The notes under the pieces are model-generated. The model was not told the origin of the DNA. It made no database searches and saw only the letters and a program-made list of their open reading frames with translations. From contig NC_042999.1 of assembly GCF_006345805.1 (NCBI RefSeq), positions 75,826,001-75,890,000 of the forward strand: DNA of 64,000 nucleotides, in the 5' to 3' direction. Made by a program: the position numbers and the translations under genes. The stretch is from Octopus sinensis. Lineage: Eukaryota. Below, in pieces: positions 51,631 to 64,000 of this stretch (its first letter is position 1; each line of letters starts with the position of its first letter).

Positions 51631-52409
51631 ACACACACAGACAGTTGAAATTTATAGAAAAATAAAAGATAAAGACGGGTGTAGAAAAAGTAAACACGTG
51701 TATTGGTTTGACACCCAGGAAGAAAAGGAAGGAATAAGAGGAAATAGGGAGAGAGCGAAAAAGAAACGTGTAGAGTTCAGCGGTCCAACATGGCGAATGA
51801 TTGAAAAAATAGATTCTGAATGAAAGGGAGAGAATAAAGGTGGTGATACCAGCAAGTTAAGGTGCAAAAGCGTATGTGTGTAAGTGTCTATGTGTGAATG
51901 GGAACGAGTAAGTTTGACGTGTGTGTGTGCGTGTGTAACGTGTGTGTGTGCTGCCTTCTGTGTAACAGTTGATGCCTGCTTTTTCACATGGTATGCACAT
52001 GTGTGTGTGTGTTTGTGTGCCTGTGACCAAATAGTGTGCATGTGTATAGCATATGTATGTGGGTGGAAGTTATCTTTGTCTGTGCGTGTTGTGAATGCAT
52101 GTATATATAGCCTGTGTTAAGGTATTATGTGCTTGTGTGAGTGTAGTAGTATATATTGTCTGTGTTCAGGTATTATCATCTTGTGTGGTGTGAGGTGTTT
52201 GTACTGAGTTAAGCAGTGTGTGTGTGGCTGCTCATATAGTGGTATGTGTGGCGACGCTATTGAAGAATGTATGTGGGTGTGTGGATGATAATGTATGAGG
52301 TGGGTGCTGAGAAGTGGTTAGATCTAGTGTGTGTGGAATGGGAATATGTAGAGTGTGTGGGGGGAGGTGTAATGGTGTGTGGAGTAAGCAGTGTGTATGA
52401 GTGTGTCAA

Positions 52410-52773
52410 CAGGAAGAGGTCAAACGCCTACATCTACTTTGGGCAGGTTCCTCAGGCTTTTTGGGAGAATATTAAAAAGCTGTAGGTCCCTGAAACCCAG
52501 GCTGTTGCAGTAACTGGTCTTGAAGCGTGATGGCGTTTCTGGGATCTTTGATACGACGCAGTGTCGTCCCGTTCTGGCATTGGTGTAGCTTCCAATGCCA
52601 AAATTTGGCACAGTTCCTTCCAGGATCTTCCAGATGTATATTGCTCCACACCTCTTCTGCCTTTTCTCCAAGGAGTAGAGTCTTAGCTATTTCAGCCTTT
52701 CCCTGTAGCTGAGCAGTTGCAAAGAAACGATCTTTTCTGGATTGCTTCAAGATCCGCTGTTAAATTCGCTGTC
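52410..52773 (-). mobile_element. CR1/L2-group LINE 3' ORF fragment, same family as 15610-16890
   Basis: IYIWKILEGTVPNFGI.SYTNARTGRHC...CNSLGF..LQLFNILPKSLRNL. Confidence 0.85.
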
Positions 52774-53452
52774 AATTTTCATTTGTCTTGCTTATTTTTA
52801 CACTTTGGTTTTTTGCTGAATTTTTTCTTGAGAACATATTCTTCGTGGAAAATGGCGATTTTGACGTCTACATCTAGCATACAGGCTGTCCACTTTTAGT
52901 GGTCAGTCCTCTAAATTTTCTATGTAAAAAAATTTTTAATCTTCGGATTTTTTTTTTAAATATGCTAGGCCACTGGTTTTAATTGATTAATATCAATTTC
53001 TACCCTTATTTAATTTTAAATAAAAATGTTCTCTAGCCGGTAAATTCACTGCTGTAGTTTATTACCTGCAGAATAATTTCCGATCTCAGCGCGCCAAGGT
53101 GAAGGCATTTGAAGATACACATAAATGTAATTTGTAGAACTTTATACATAATGGATTTCGTTCGAGCGTTCTGTATCTAGTTTTGGAAATTGTGTTTTGT
53201 AAACGACAGGCTTTGCTGATGGTTTTGCAGATGTTTACGTATCCATATACGTAAATATTAACAAGTGAAACTAATTAGTACATAGGTAATCGCTTTTTAT
53301 TTCGTATATTTTCATTTGTCTTGCTTATTTTTACATTTTGTTTTTTGCTGAATTTTTTTCTTGAGAACACATTCTTCGTGGAAAATGGCGATTTTGACGT
53401 CTATATCTTGCATATAGACTGTCCACTTTTAGTGGTTGATCCTCTAAATTTT
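52774..53452 (+). mobile_element. HHR-bearing element, about 533-nt unit, about 1.3-mer
   Basis: The segment starting TTTTCATTTGTCTTGC occurs at 52776 and 53309, with a decayed HHR just before the second copy. Ends in (TG)(TA)n. Confidence 0.7.
53211..53285 (+). ncRNA. Partly decayed type I hammerhead
   Basis: TTTG CTGATGG ...atgtttacgtat ccat atacgtaaatat... GAAA CTAATTAG TA CATA. A9 is replaced by G, helix I has a mismatch and helix III is palindromic. Confidence 0.6.
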
Positions 53453-53537
53453 GTGTGTATATATATATTAACAGTAATTGTATGACAACAAAAGAATGAA
53501 TGAGACCTCGATATTAAGTAAACAGGAATTCATCTGT

Positions 53538-53750
53538 AATGTAATATGTGACAATTATTCGGTTACCATAATAAAAGTCCGAGTTTCGGATGTCGGCGTG
53601 GAAATCTGCTTCCGCATTTCGTCAGTTATTAAGACAATAAAAAAATTGATTGTCTTATTAACTGACGCGATGCCGGAGCAGATTTTCGCCCCGACACCCC
53701 TAACTTGGAGTTTTATTATGGCAACCGAATAATTCTGACATATTATATTA
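53538..53750. mobile_element. About 210-bp foldback (hairpin) MITE-like element
   Basis: The two halves are reverse complements around a central A-run. The ORF track shows mirror peptides on the two strands. Confidence 0.8.
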
Positions 53751-53804
<54 letters not shown>

Positions 53805-53882
53805 CCTATATATACATATATATACAAGAATGAGATAAAAATCCAAGTCTGTGAAAGATTTTAGATCATTTATAAATAGAAA

Positions 53883-53930
53883 GTCTTGCAGCTGTTTCCG
53901 GGATATTCTATATATCCCTTCATCGGAGAC
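53883..53930 (-). ncRNA. Inactivated minimal hammerhead at a PLE-like 3' end
   Basis: Minus strand reads GUCU CCGAUGA A GGGAUAU auaga AUAUCCC G GAAA CAGCUG CA AGAC. U4 is replaced by C and the cleavage triplet is GCA. Confidence 0.6.
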
Positions 53931-54149
53931 GGTGTGAGGAAATGGTTAAGTAATAGTTATTTTAGATAAGATATGAAGTAGAGAGAGAAGTGGAGGAATG
54001 AAAATAGATGTGAGATATGCAGGGATATTGCATCTGTAGAACATTAATGAGGCAGAATGGTATATATATATATATAAGATTCTAGTACCTTGTAAGTTCC
54101 AGTAGTATTTAAAATTGGTCATTCCATGTATAGAGTTTTTATATATATT

Positions 54150-54261
<112 letters not shown>

Positions 54262-55051
54262 ATTTAAACACTATGTGGTTAGCCATATGCTTGAAGTAGA
54301 TCACCTGCGATCAAACTACAAAGAAAAGAATGTTCTCTAGCGAAAAATTCAGAGGACACCAGAACAATATGCGGGCAAGACAGATGAAAATTATATAAAA
54401 AACAAGAATTAATCGCAGACCTAGGTTTCGCCTATTAACGAATGAATCACTTACGTAATCGTAATCGTCCATAGGGCTCGTCAGTGCGATCGTTCCACAG
54501 GTAATATAATTTGTAATTATAATTTGTATAATTTGTAAAACTAAGCACCAGTTTTCCGTATAAAAACAGACACGTGCTTAGTTTCACCGATTCCATTGGG
54601 GTTAATTTCAAATGTCTGAGTTCTGGCGCGCTAAAATTCCGGAAACAAAATCTGCAGTAAATAATTTACTGCAGTTAATGCTGCCTATTAGAGAACATAT
54701 TTATTTTAGCATTTAGATAATGAGGGAGATAAATTGAATATTAATTTAATTAATATCAATTTAAAACCAGTAGCTTAGCATGCAAAAATCTGAAGAATCA
54801 GAGAAAATTCTAATACATGTGTATATTTAAAGAGCTAAACAACCACTATGTGGTCAGCCATATGCTAGAAGTAGATAACCTTCGATCAAACTACAAAGAA
54901 AAGAATGTTCTCTAGAGAAAAATTCAGCGGACACCAGAACAATATGCAGGCAAGACAGATGAAAATTATATAAAAAACAAGAATTAATCGCACACCTAGG
55001 TTTCGCCTATTAACGAATGAATCACTTACGTAATCGTAATCGTCCGTAGGG

Positions 55052-55053
<2 letters not shown>
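54262..55053 (-). mobile_element. HHR-bearing element, 575-nt unit, about 1.4-mer
   Basis: Direct repeat 54267-54480 versus 54843-55053 (CCTAGG at 54420 and 54995). A diverged homolog of the 52774 element in the opposite orientation. Confidence 0.8.
54412..54490 (-). ncRNA. Type I hammerhead ribozyme, canonical core
   Basis: Minus strand reads AUCGCA CUGACGA GCCCUAU...AUAGGC GAAA CCUAGG UC UGCGAU. A truncated, mutated second copy lies at 54987-55053. Confidence 0.9.
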
Positions 55054-55092
<39 letters not shown>

Positions 55093-55125
55093 ATATATAT
55101 TATATATAATTATGAGCAATAATTC

Positions 55126-55233
55126 TCTGAACGAGGTATAAACAGTAGCTGCACGACAATGTGAAGTATATTTGTCACTTAAATGAGGCTAACTTCACAT
55201 TGTCGTACAGCTACTGTTCATACCTCGTTCAGA
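55126..55233. repeat. 42-bp near-perfect hairpin (40/42) with 24-nt loop
   Basis: TCTGAACGAGGTATAAACAGTAGCTGCACGACAATGTGAAGT / ACTTCACATTGTCGTACAGCTACTGTTCATACCTCGTTCAGA. Confidence 0.9.
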
Positions 55234-55343
55234 AATTAATTATGGCTTGTTTACACTTTTTCGAGATCAGTGACTATTCGTCACTGGAAAAAGGATATAT
55301 GTATTTGCATTGGGAGCCCGCCGCATCGAAGACCGGTGATTGT

Positions 55344-55388
55344 CGTGCACTGACGACTGGTAAATATTCAGAAACCCGGGTCTGTGCG
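55344..55388 (+). ncRNA. Type I hammerhead, intact core with weak stem II
   Basis: CGTGCA CTGACGA ctggtaaatattca GAAA CCCGGG TC TGTGCG. Confidence 0.7.
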
Positions 55389-55573
55389 TATCACGTCAGG
55401 TCGAAAATGAGAAGGATGGCTTCCCTGTGCAAATGCTGATAGGGCACAGAAAGTGTTTCAATACCCAGCTCGAGAAGATGTTCTCCTGGGGCAACAAGCT
55501 ACAGTAGCATCCACCCTTAGTGGTTAGCCACATTTAAGCGGCAAATATACTTCACATTATATAGTTATGTATA

Positions 55574-55632
<59 letters not shown>

Positions 55633-55910
55633 GTATAAATATATTTATAAACATATATAAATGCATATATATATATATATAAATATATATACGTATACGT
55701 ACATACATGCGTATATATATCTATATATCTATCTATATATATATATGTGTGCACATTTACGTTGTCATAATACGTACCCGCACTACATGTTCGTCGTACA
55801 TCTACGTAAAATTGTTATATAACCAAATATAAATATATATGAATATATATGTATATATATGTATGTATATATGTATATATATATATATATACATATAAAT
55901 AGATGGATAA

Positions 55911-55965
<55 letters not shown>

Positions 55966-56151
55966 TACACAGTCTCACTCAAACATACACATATAGTGGT
56001 ATGCGTGTATGTATGTATATGTGCACATATATATAAATATACATTTACACATAATTACATTCATACAAATATATATAAGTACACAGACACCATACATACG
56101 CATGTATATATGTATGTATATATATATGTATGTACATATGTATGTACGTAA

Positions 56152-56220
<69 letters not shown>

Positions 56221-56502
56221 TGTATATTTATATATACGTGAAGTATGCATACGTGTAGGTTTATGTAAGCATATCGATTTATCTAATTTACAACATTGAA
56301 AATATTGAGAATTGTTGAAAGTACAACGTTTGAAATGAAAATTATAGAATATTTCCCACAAAATTCTTTTCAAATCGAGAAAATCTCACAAAAGAACAGC
56401 ATTTGTGGAAAACCATATAATTGAACTTAATGTTTTATTCCAAGCAAATACACGTGCAAAAAGTGCATGAACACTCCCCGATGTAGAAGTGACAACGCAT
56501 AC

Positions 56503-56544
<42 letters not shown>

Positions 56545-56625
56545 ATGGAATAAATATATACAGTTTTAAATGAATTCTCACACACTCACACACACACACA
56601 CACACACGCACAAATATATATGTAC

Positions 56626-56699
<74 letters not shown>

Positions 56700-57994
56700 C
56701 ACGCAGACATATATGTATGCATACTCATTCATAGAGACTTACATGTATGCATACATAGAAGGATGTGTGTGTATAGGTATATACATATATCTAAGGATAC
56801 AGTATATATTTATGTTGATATATAAATATATAAATACATACATGCGTACAAATACGCATATATATATAGAAATATATATAATCGTATATACAACAGGCTA
56901 AGGCAAAATACATTTATCTCATTGTATATTTGAGATTCTTCCATTTCCGTTCCACTTTTCACATCGTCGTTCTCATAGCTCTAATTTAATATATTTCTAT
57001 TTTTATGGAGCACTTTTCTGATAAATGCCCCGTTCTTGGATGAATTAAGATGTAGCATGCGAAGCCGATGTGAGTTTATCTATGAATCAATCTATCTATC
57101 TCCATGTATCAATACATTTCGTACCGCTGAATATTTGTGTGTGCGTCGGTGTGAGTGGATCTATGCATATTCACACACCACACACACGCGCGCGCGCGCG
57201 CGCGCACATACACACACAGACAGACACACACACACACATGTATATATATATATATACACATATATGTACATACATACATTTATAAATACATGTATTATTG
57301 TATTTATTTCTATACGGATACACTACATGCACAAACACATCACCGCCCGTGCTCACACGCATATATTTATATAGGTATATAAGTATATACATTGAGAGAG
57401 TGAGAGAGAAATGATCGCGAATGACAAGGATATGGTACTGGGTTACTTCCATTCACAAGTATATCTCTTATTTTAATCAATCACACGACGAAGAGAAAGG
57501 AGAGACGATGAGGAAGAATACTCCGGTAAACCGAAGAAACATAAAATAGAGAGATATTTGGGAAACGGCCAGAACCTATGTATTGATATACATACATACA
57601 AACATATATACATACCGAAAAACTCGCACTTTACATAGACAACATATAAGTGAAACAGCAAAATATGGGAGGGTTTTCTCAGGTTTAAAATGTGACAATG
57701 ATGAAGCTTTGTATCTTTATCAGAAGCTAGTTCCTTTTGCAGATGGTAAATTTAAGTAATTAAAAACAAAAGAGGACCTATAAATATATTACCCATGCAC
57801 ACACACACAAATACATACATACGTACACAGATGCATACATATACACATACATACACACATACATTCATACATACAAACACATACATACACACACATACAT
57901 ACACACATACAGACGAACATACATACACACATATGCATACACGCATACACATACATTTACACATACGTACATAATACATATGCATACATGATGG

Positions 57995-59566
57995 TTGCTA
58001 ACTCGATTTCGAGTTAGAGCTATTTCCTGATTTCTTTATTCCCTAGAATATCATCGATAAGCTGAACGAATATGGCTTTTGAGGCCTGTCAAAGACCTGC
58101 AAGGTCTTTTGACAATTAGTGCAAGAAAACTCAGTGACTGTATAGGTAACAGCTCCATGAACTTTACTATGTCTTTTCAAGCCACTTTCTGATCCGCACA
58201 TTTTATGACAGTATGCGTTCAAAATCATCTGTCCATGAATGTGCGGTTGTGCAATGTGTGAATTCATATGGCACTTCAGCTCAGACAAATTTTTCCAAAT
58301 TTGTCACATGTAAAATCATCACGTTTATTAATGCTTGTTAGAACATCATCCCTGTCACTTTTTCTCATCTTCCTTTTGATCTTTGCATGCTCCATTCTCT
58401 TCTTTTCAAATTCATTTTTGCCTTCAAACACAACTTTTTCCCATTTTTCTCAGCAATGCGCTAAATCTTCCCAGTTGTCAATCGGAACATTTATCTCATT
58501 CAGTCCCGACTTCAATCTTTGTACCTCATCTTTGGTTTGTGGGACGGACGCTTACCTGTCACCAATTCTCCGTAAAAAAGTTGTTTAGGCATTCTGTTGT
58601 TTATCATTCTGACAACTGCAATAGTAAAGCTTCAATACTGAAGCATTTACCTTTTTCAAGAACCTTATCGTCACTCACAAACATAAACATTTTCCAGCTG
58701 ATCCTCAAAATCCTTCTGAGACATTGTTGATGAAAACGTTCCATAAGTTTTAAGTGCTTACGATACACAGTCCAGGTTTTGCAAGCACACGATAAAGAGG
58801 TTAAGATACATGTATATCTTAATCTTTGTCACAGTGGAGATACCGTGTCTAGACGACAGGCGGTCTTCCAGTTTGCCAAAAGCAAAACTGAGTTTCTAAA
58901 TACGTAGTGATACTTCATCATCAAGATTCGCTGATGTATTTAGTGTGCTCCCTAAGTAAACAAACTTAGAAACCTTCCATACACGATGATACCAGGTCCT
59001 ATGTATGGCATTCCTGGTGCTGCCTGAAACGCCAACAGTTTTGGTTAAATTTATGGCTAAGCCAAGTGCTTCAGAAGCCATAAATTGCATTCATAAGAAT
59101 TTGCATGTCCTCCTCAGTATGAGTGACAATATCACAATCATCTGCATAGAGAAGGTCTCTAATAAGAGTTGAGGACGACTTTGACTTAGTTGACAGTCTT
59201 TTGATGTTAAACATTTTTCCTGTTATGCGATATCTGATATATATGCCTTTGATAGCCAATTGAAAAACTATAGTAAAACAGAGGGTGAAGAGAGTGGGTG
59301 CTAGTATGTCACCTTGTTTTACTCCATTCATGACACAGATAGGCCCCGAGAGCTTTCCACCAATGTTGATCCTTACTTCCATGTCATCATGAAACTGATT
59401 CAGAATAATGAGAAACATTACCGGGCATCCAAGTCTCTCCCAAGATATTCCACAAGGTAGTTCTATTGACAGTCAAAAGCCTTAGTAAGATCACTGAATA
59501 CCTGATAAAGTCCTATTTGCTGTTCCACACACTTTTCCTGTAACTGACATGCAGAGAAGATCATGT
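57995..59566 (-). mobile_element. RTE-clade LINE, 3' portion (RT C-terminal half plus C-terminal zinc fingers)
   Basis: GVKQGDILAPTLF, RDLLYADDC, KFVYLGSTL...LDDEVSLRI and C2H2-like CHKMCGSESGLKRHSKVH. Confidence 0.9.
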
Positions 59567-59589
59567 AACTGCCGTGCTGATATTGCTGA

Positions 59590-61170
59590 GGTTGCCTTTA
59601 AAAAATAGGTCGGTAAGTAACACTTGTTAGTGTTTATGCACCAACCATGAATGCAAGTGAAAATGGAAAGCTCTCCTTTTATGATGTGCTGAAAGAAAAT
59701 ATCCACAAATTCCACACGATGATAAGATTATCAAATTGGGCGATTTTAATGCTAGAGTTGGTATAGATCATGAGACATGGGGTGTGATTGAAAGATACGG
59801 TGTGGGAAATTGTAAGAGCAATGGCTTACTTTTGTTACAGATGTGTCCTGAATTGAATCTATTTATTATGAGAACTGCTTTTCAACAAAGAGATATATTC
59901 AAAACTACATGGATGCATCTCGGTTCAAAGCAATGTCACTTAATAGACTATATAACTAGAAAACGAGATAAGAGTGATTTCTGTATAGTGCGGGTCATAC
60001 GGGGAGCAGAATGTTGGACAAATCATCGCTTGGTTCGTGGGAAGATCAAGTTTGTAGTGAAGCCAGAAAGCAGACAAAGTGGCACTGACATCCTTAAACG
60101 TCTGAATGGGAAGCTGCTTAAGGATAAAGCAGTTAGAGTAGAATTTCAGTAGAAAATCGAAAATTTGGATTTGACAGATGAGTGGATGGACTTCAGAGGA
60201 CAACTATGCAATTTAAGTAAAGAACTTTTAGGAGTAAAGAAGAAGAAACATCAAGATTGGTTTGATAACAGTGATGGAAATATTCAACATTTGTTGGAAG
60301 AAAAACGAAAGGCATTGCATTCATTACTAGCAGAGTAATAGAGTTTTTCCAAAGAGAGAAAAGCAGATGTGCAAAGAAAGATTCGAAGCATACAGGATAC
60401 ATGGTGACGGAAGAAAGCAGAAAAGATAGAGGCTGCTTCCAATGTTAAGAACACTAAATTATATACTCTCCTTCGTGAGGTGTATGGGCAATCATGTTCT
60501 ACTTTGGCTCATGTGAAGAATAGGAATGGTGTTTTATTGAGGGAGCCAAAAGACATCTTAAAATGATGGGAGGACCATTTCAATGAACTTCTGAATCGAC
60601 CATTAGTATTGATATGATTCCACAGAATGCACCCACTGAGTGTTTAGATGACATCCCGTCAGTGGAGGAAACAATAACAGCAGTATCAAAGCTGAACATT
60701 GGTAAAGCACCAGGAATTGATAGACTGAATGTAGAACTATTTAAGTTTGTGATTTACTACTTGCTAGAAATGCTGACAGCAGTAATACAGAAGATATAGA
60801 GAAATGAAGTTATGCCAAAAGACTGGAAGGATGCAGTCATTGAAGTAGTGTTCAAGGGTAAGGGACAAAATGATGAAAGCAATAACTTTCGTTGTATTTG
60901 CCTGCTTGATACGGCCGGCAAAGTTTTATTACAAATAATGTTGGCCCGGCTGCAGATATATGTGGCTAATGAGATTCTTTCTGAATCACAGAGTGGATTC
61001 AGAAATGGTAGGGGTATTGTTGACATGATCTTCTCTGCACGCCAGTTACAGGAAAAGTGTGTGGAGCAGAAAATAGGACTTTATCAGGTATTCCTTGATC
61101 TTACTAAGGCTTTTCACTGTCAATCGAACTTCCTTGTGGGAGATCTTGAGGAGACTTGGATGCCCGGTAA
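59590..61170 (+). mobile_element. RTE-clade LINE, inverted 5' portion (APE plus RT N-terminal half)
   Basis: VTLVSVYAPT, GDFNARVG, TTWMHLGSKQCHLIDYI, KAPGID, ESQSGFRNGRGIVDMIFSARQLQEKC and FLDLTKAF. Confidence 0.9.
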
Positions 61171-61214
61171 ATAGACATACATGCATGCATACGCACACAC
61201 ATACATACATAATA

Positions 61215-61436
61215 CATACATACATTCTTTTGTTATTTTACTGTGGCCATGCTGGAGCACCGCCTTGAAGTTTTCAGTCGAACAAATCGACCCCATGACA
61301 TATTCTTTAAAGCCTAGTACTTATTTTACCTGTTATTTTGCTGAACCGCTAAGTTTCGGGGAAAAACACACCAACAACGGTTGTCAAGCGGTAATGGGGG
61401 ACAGACGCAGACACAGACACACATATAAATATATAC

Positions 61437-61468
<32 letters not shown>

Positions 61469-62125
61469 ACAGGGTTATTAAAAAAGAATGAACCGATTTT
61501 ATTATGCAATATTTTAATAAGGAAAGGCAATGGAAAACTCTAGCTAAGTCATAAGTATTTACCCACAATCCACTTTTATTTCCTGCCTTACAAGTGTTCA
61601 GTGTGGCCACCACCTGCAGCACGGGCAACATCAATGCGATAAGAGAACTCCTCCCAGACACGTATCAGCATATCACAATGCAATGAGTTAATCGCAATTG
61701 TGTGATTTTTTCTTGGGATACGTAAAAGATCGCGTTTATGTTCCACCGCTACCCACTAACCTCGATGACCTTAAACAACGAATAACAGCAGCGATCAACT
61801 GATATGCTGATACGCGTTTGGGAGGAATTCTCTTATCGCATTGATGTTGCCACATTGAACACTTGTAAGGCAGGAAATAAAAGTCGATTGTGAGTAAATA
61901 CTTGTGATTTAGCTGGAGTTTTCTATTGCTTTTCCTGATTATAACATTGCGTAATGAAATCGGTTCATTCTTTTTGAATAACCCTGTATAAAGGACGGGT
62001 TTCTTTCATTTGCCGTTTACCAAATCCACTCACAAGGCTTTGGTCTGCCTGAGGGTATAGTAGAAGATGCCACGCAGTTAGATTGATCCCGGAACCATGT
62101 GGTTGGGAAGCAAGCTTCTTACCAC
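61215..62125 (-). mobile_element. SINE family A split by a MITE in its internal microsatellite
   Basis: 3' half at 61215-61420 and 5' half at about 61990-62125. Confidence 0.75.
61470..61986. mobile_element. Tc1/mariner-derived foldback element with about 190-205-bp arms
   Basis: TA-flanked, with CAGGGTTATT.AAAAAGAATGAACCGATTT termini. The centre and right arm encode CDFFLGYVKDRVYVPPLPTNLDDLKQRITAAIN...DMLIRVWEEFSYRIDV. Confidence 0.9.
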
Positions 62126-62642
62126 ACACTCACATGCACACACACACACCAAGTTTTACCTTTAACTAGTTTCAGTCATTGAAGGCATCAGTGAAACAGA
62201 TCGACCATAGTATTTATCTTAAAAATCTGTTTATTTTATCGGTGTCTTTTACCGAACTGCTATGTTACGGAGATGCAAACAATCCAACATCGGTTGTCAA
62301 GCAGTGGTGGTGGGCAAACACAACACAAACAAAAAAAAAACACACACATGCACATGCACAAGACACATACACACACATATAAGTGGTTTTTTCCAGATTC
62401 TGTCTACCATATTGTCTCACAAGGCCTTATTCGACCCGGGGTTATAGCAGAAGAGACTTGCTTAAGGTGCTGTGCCGTAGTACTTAACCCAAGACCACAT
62501 TATGGGGAAGCTAATTTCTTGCTCATATAGCCACGCTTATGCTTAAATATATATATCTAACAAATACACACGCACAAACAGGCACACACAAACATACACA
62601 CAGAGGGAAACATATGCATAGATATATTTATGTATTTGTGTG

Positions 62643-62693
<51 letters not shown>

Positions 62694-63016
62694 TTATGTA
62701 CATATATTTACAAAGAAAGACAGACCAGTGTGTTATTACCAAATATAGAACTATTTTGTTTAACGGAAAATAACATAATGTTGGAATGTATACAAATTAT
62801 AGTAATGAAAATTTAGAAAGGTGACAGATTTAGATTAAATTTAGTGTGTCATACGACAAAACAGTGATAGATAATAGCATGTTAGTAATCTATTTTGAAT
62901 TGATTGTTAGGTCTCGTGTGATGTGATAGGTGAGAGAGCAAATAAACTGTTGTAACAAGACTGTAGAAACCTTTGGTTCCTCTCATTTGTTTTCTATTGG
63001 TAGATGTCGTAAATTC

Positions 63017-63574
<558 letters not shown>

Positions 63575-64000
63575 CACGTATGTTTGAGTGTGTGTGTGTG
63601 AATTTACGTTTGTATCTTACTATTAGTTAATAAAATATATCCATATATTACATTGCATGTGTGCATTCGTATGTTGTGTTTGATTTATGCATTTGTGTTT
63701 ACGCAAATTTGTATTTCTATACACACATATAGTTATTACTGGCTAGACTGCTGGAATGTTTTATATACTTTCACTGTTTCAAAAATTGCTCATAATTGTA
63801 GCCGTATTCTTTTTGGTTTTGTGATGCTCTCCCTCTCAATATTTGACCCACGGCAATCAGTTAGATAACCAAGTTGATAAATAATTATAGATATGAATCT
63901 GAAGGTATACTATAAGTCTATTATTTGGAGATATCTCATTAGTCCTGCAAAGAAGTTTTCTTGTTTTTCTTTTATCATCATTATGCTAACTTTTGCGCCC

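Noticed and set aside
51870-52400. GT-skewed tract as telomere-like or G4 element
   Set aside because: It is a degenerate (GT)-rich low-complexity sequence next to a LINE 3' end, with no regular telomeric repeat or four G-runs in register.

Overview
This is AT-rich eukaryotic, repeat-saturated DNA. The (TA)n/(TACA)n/(ATT)n/(AGAT)n microsatellite density and the SINE families look octopus/cephalopod-like, which is an inference. No host protein-coding gene can be identified with confidence, and most ORFs in the track are translated microsatellites or decayed transposon fragments. Recognisable elements are CR1/L2-group, R4/Dong-like, HERO-like and RTE LINE remnants, Penelope-like (PLE) remnants, a Helitron fragment, Tc1/mariner MITEs, a solo LTR and many tRNA-derived SINEs. 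The main result is that the window holds 16 type I hammerhead ribozyme (HHR) motifs read directly from the sequence: 12 with intact cores and 4 degenerate or truncated, in about 8 different sequence families. Almost all have a different short palindromic helix III, and most of the host elements end in (TA)n. Six of the motifs sit in a tandem array of a 558-bp monomer (4302-7833) arranged as a large head-to-head palindrome. This is best explained as a PLE-dependent non-LTR retrozyme (self-cleaving, potentially circRNA-producing) system. Ribozyme activity, expression and novelty relative to databases are untested.
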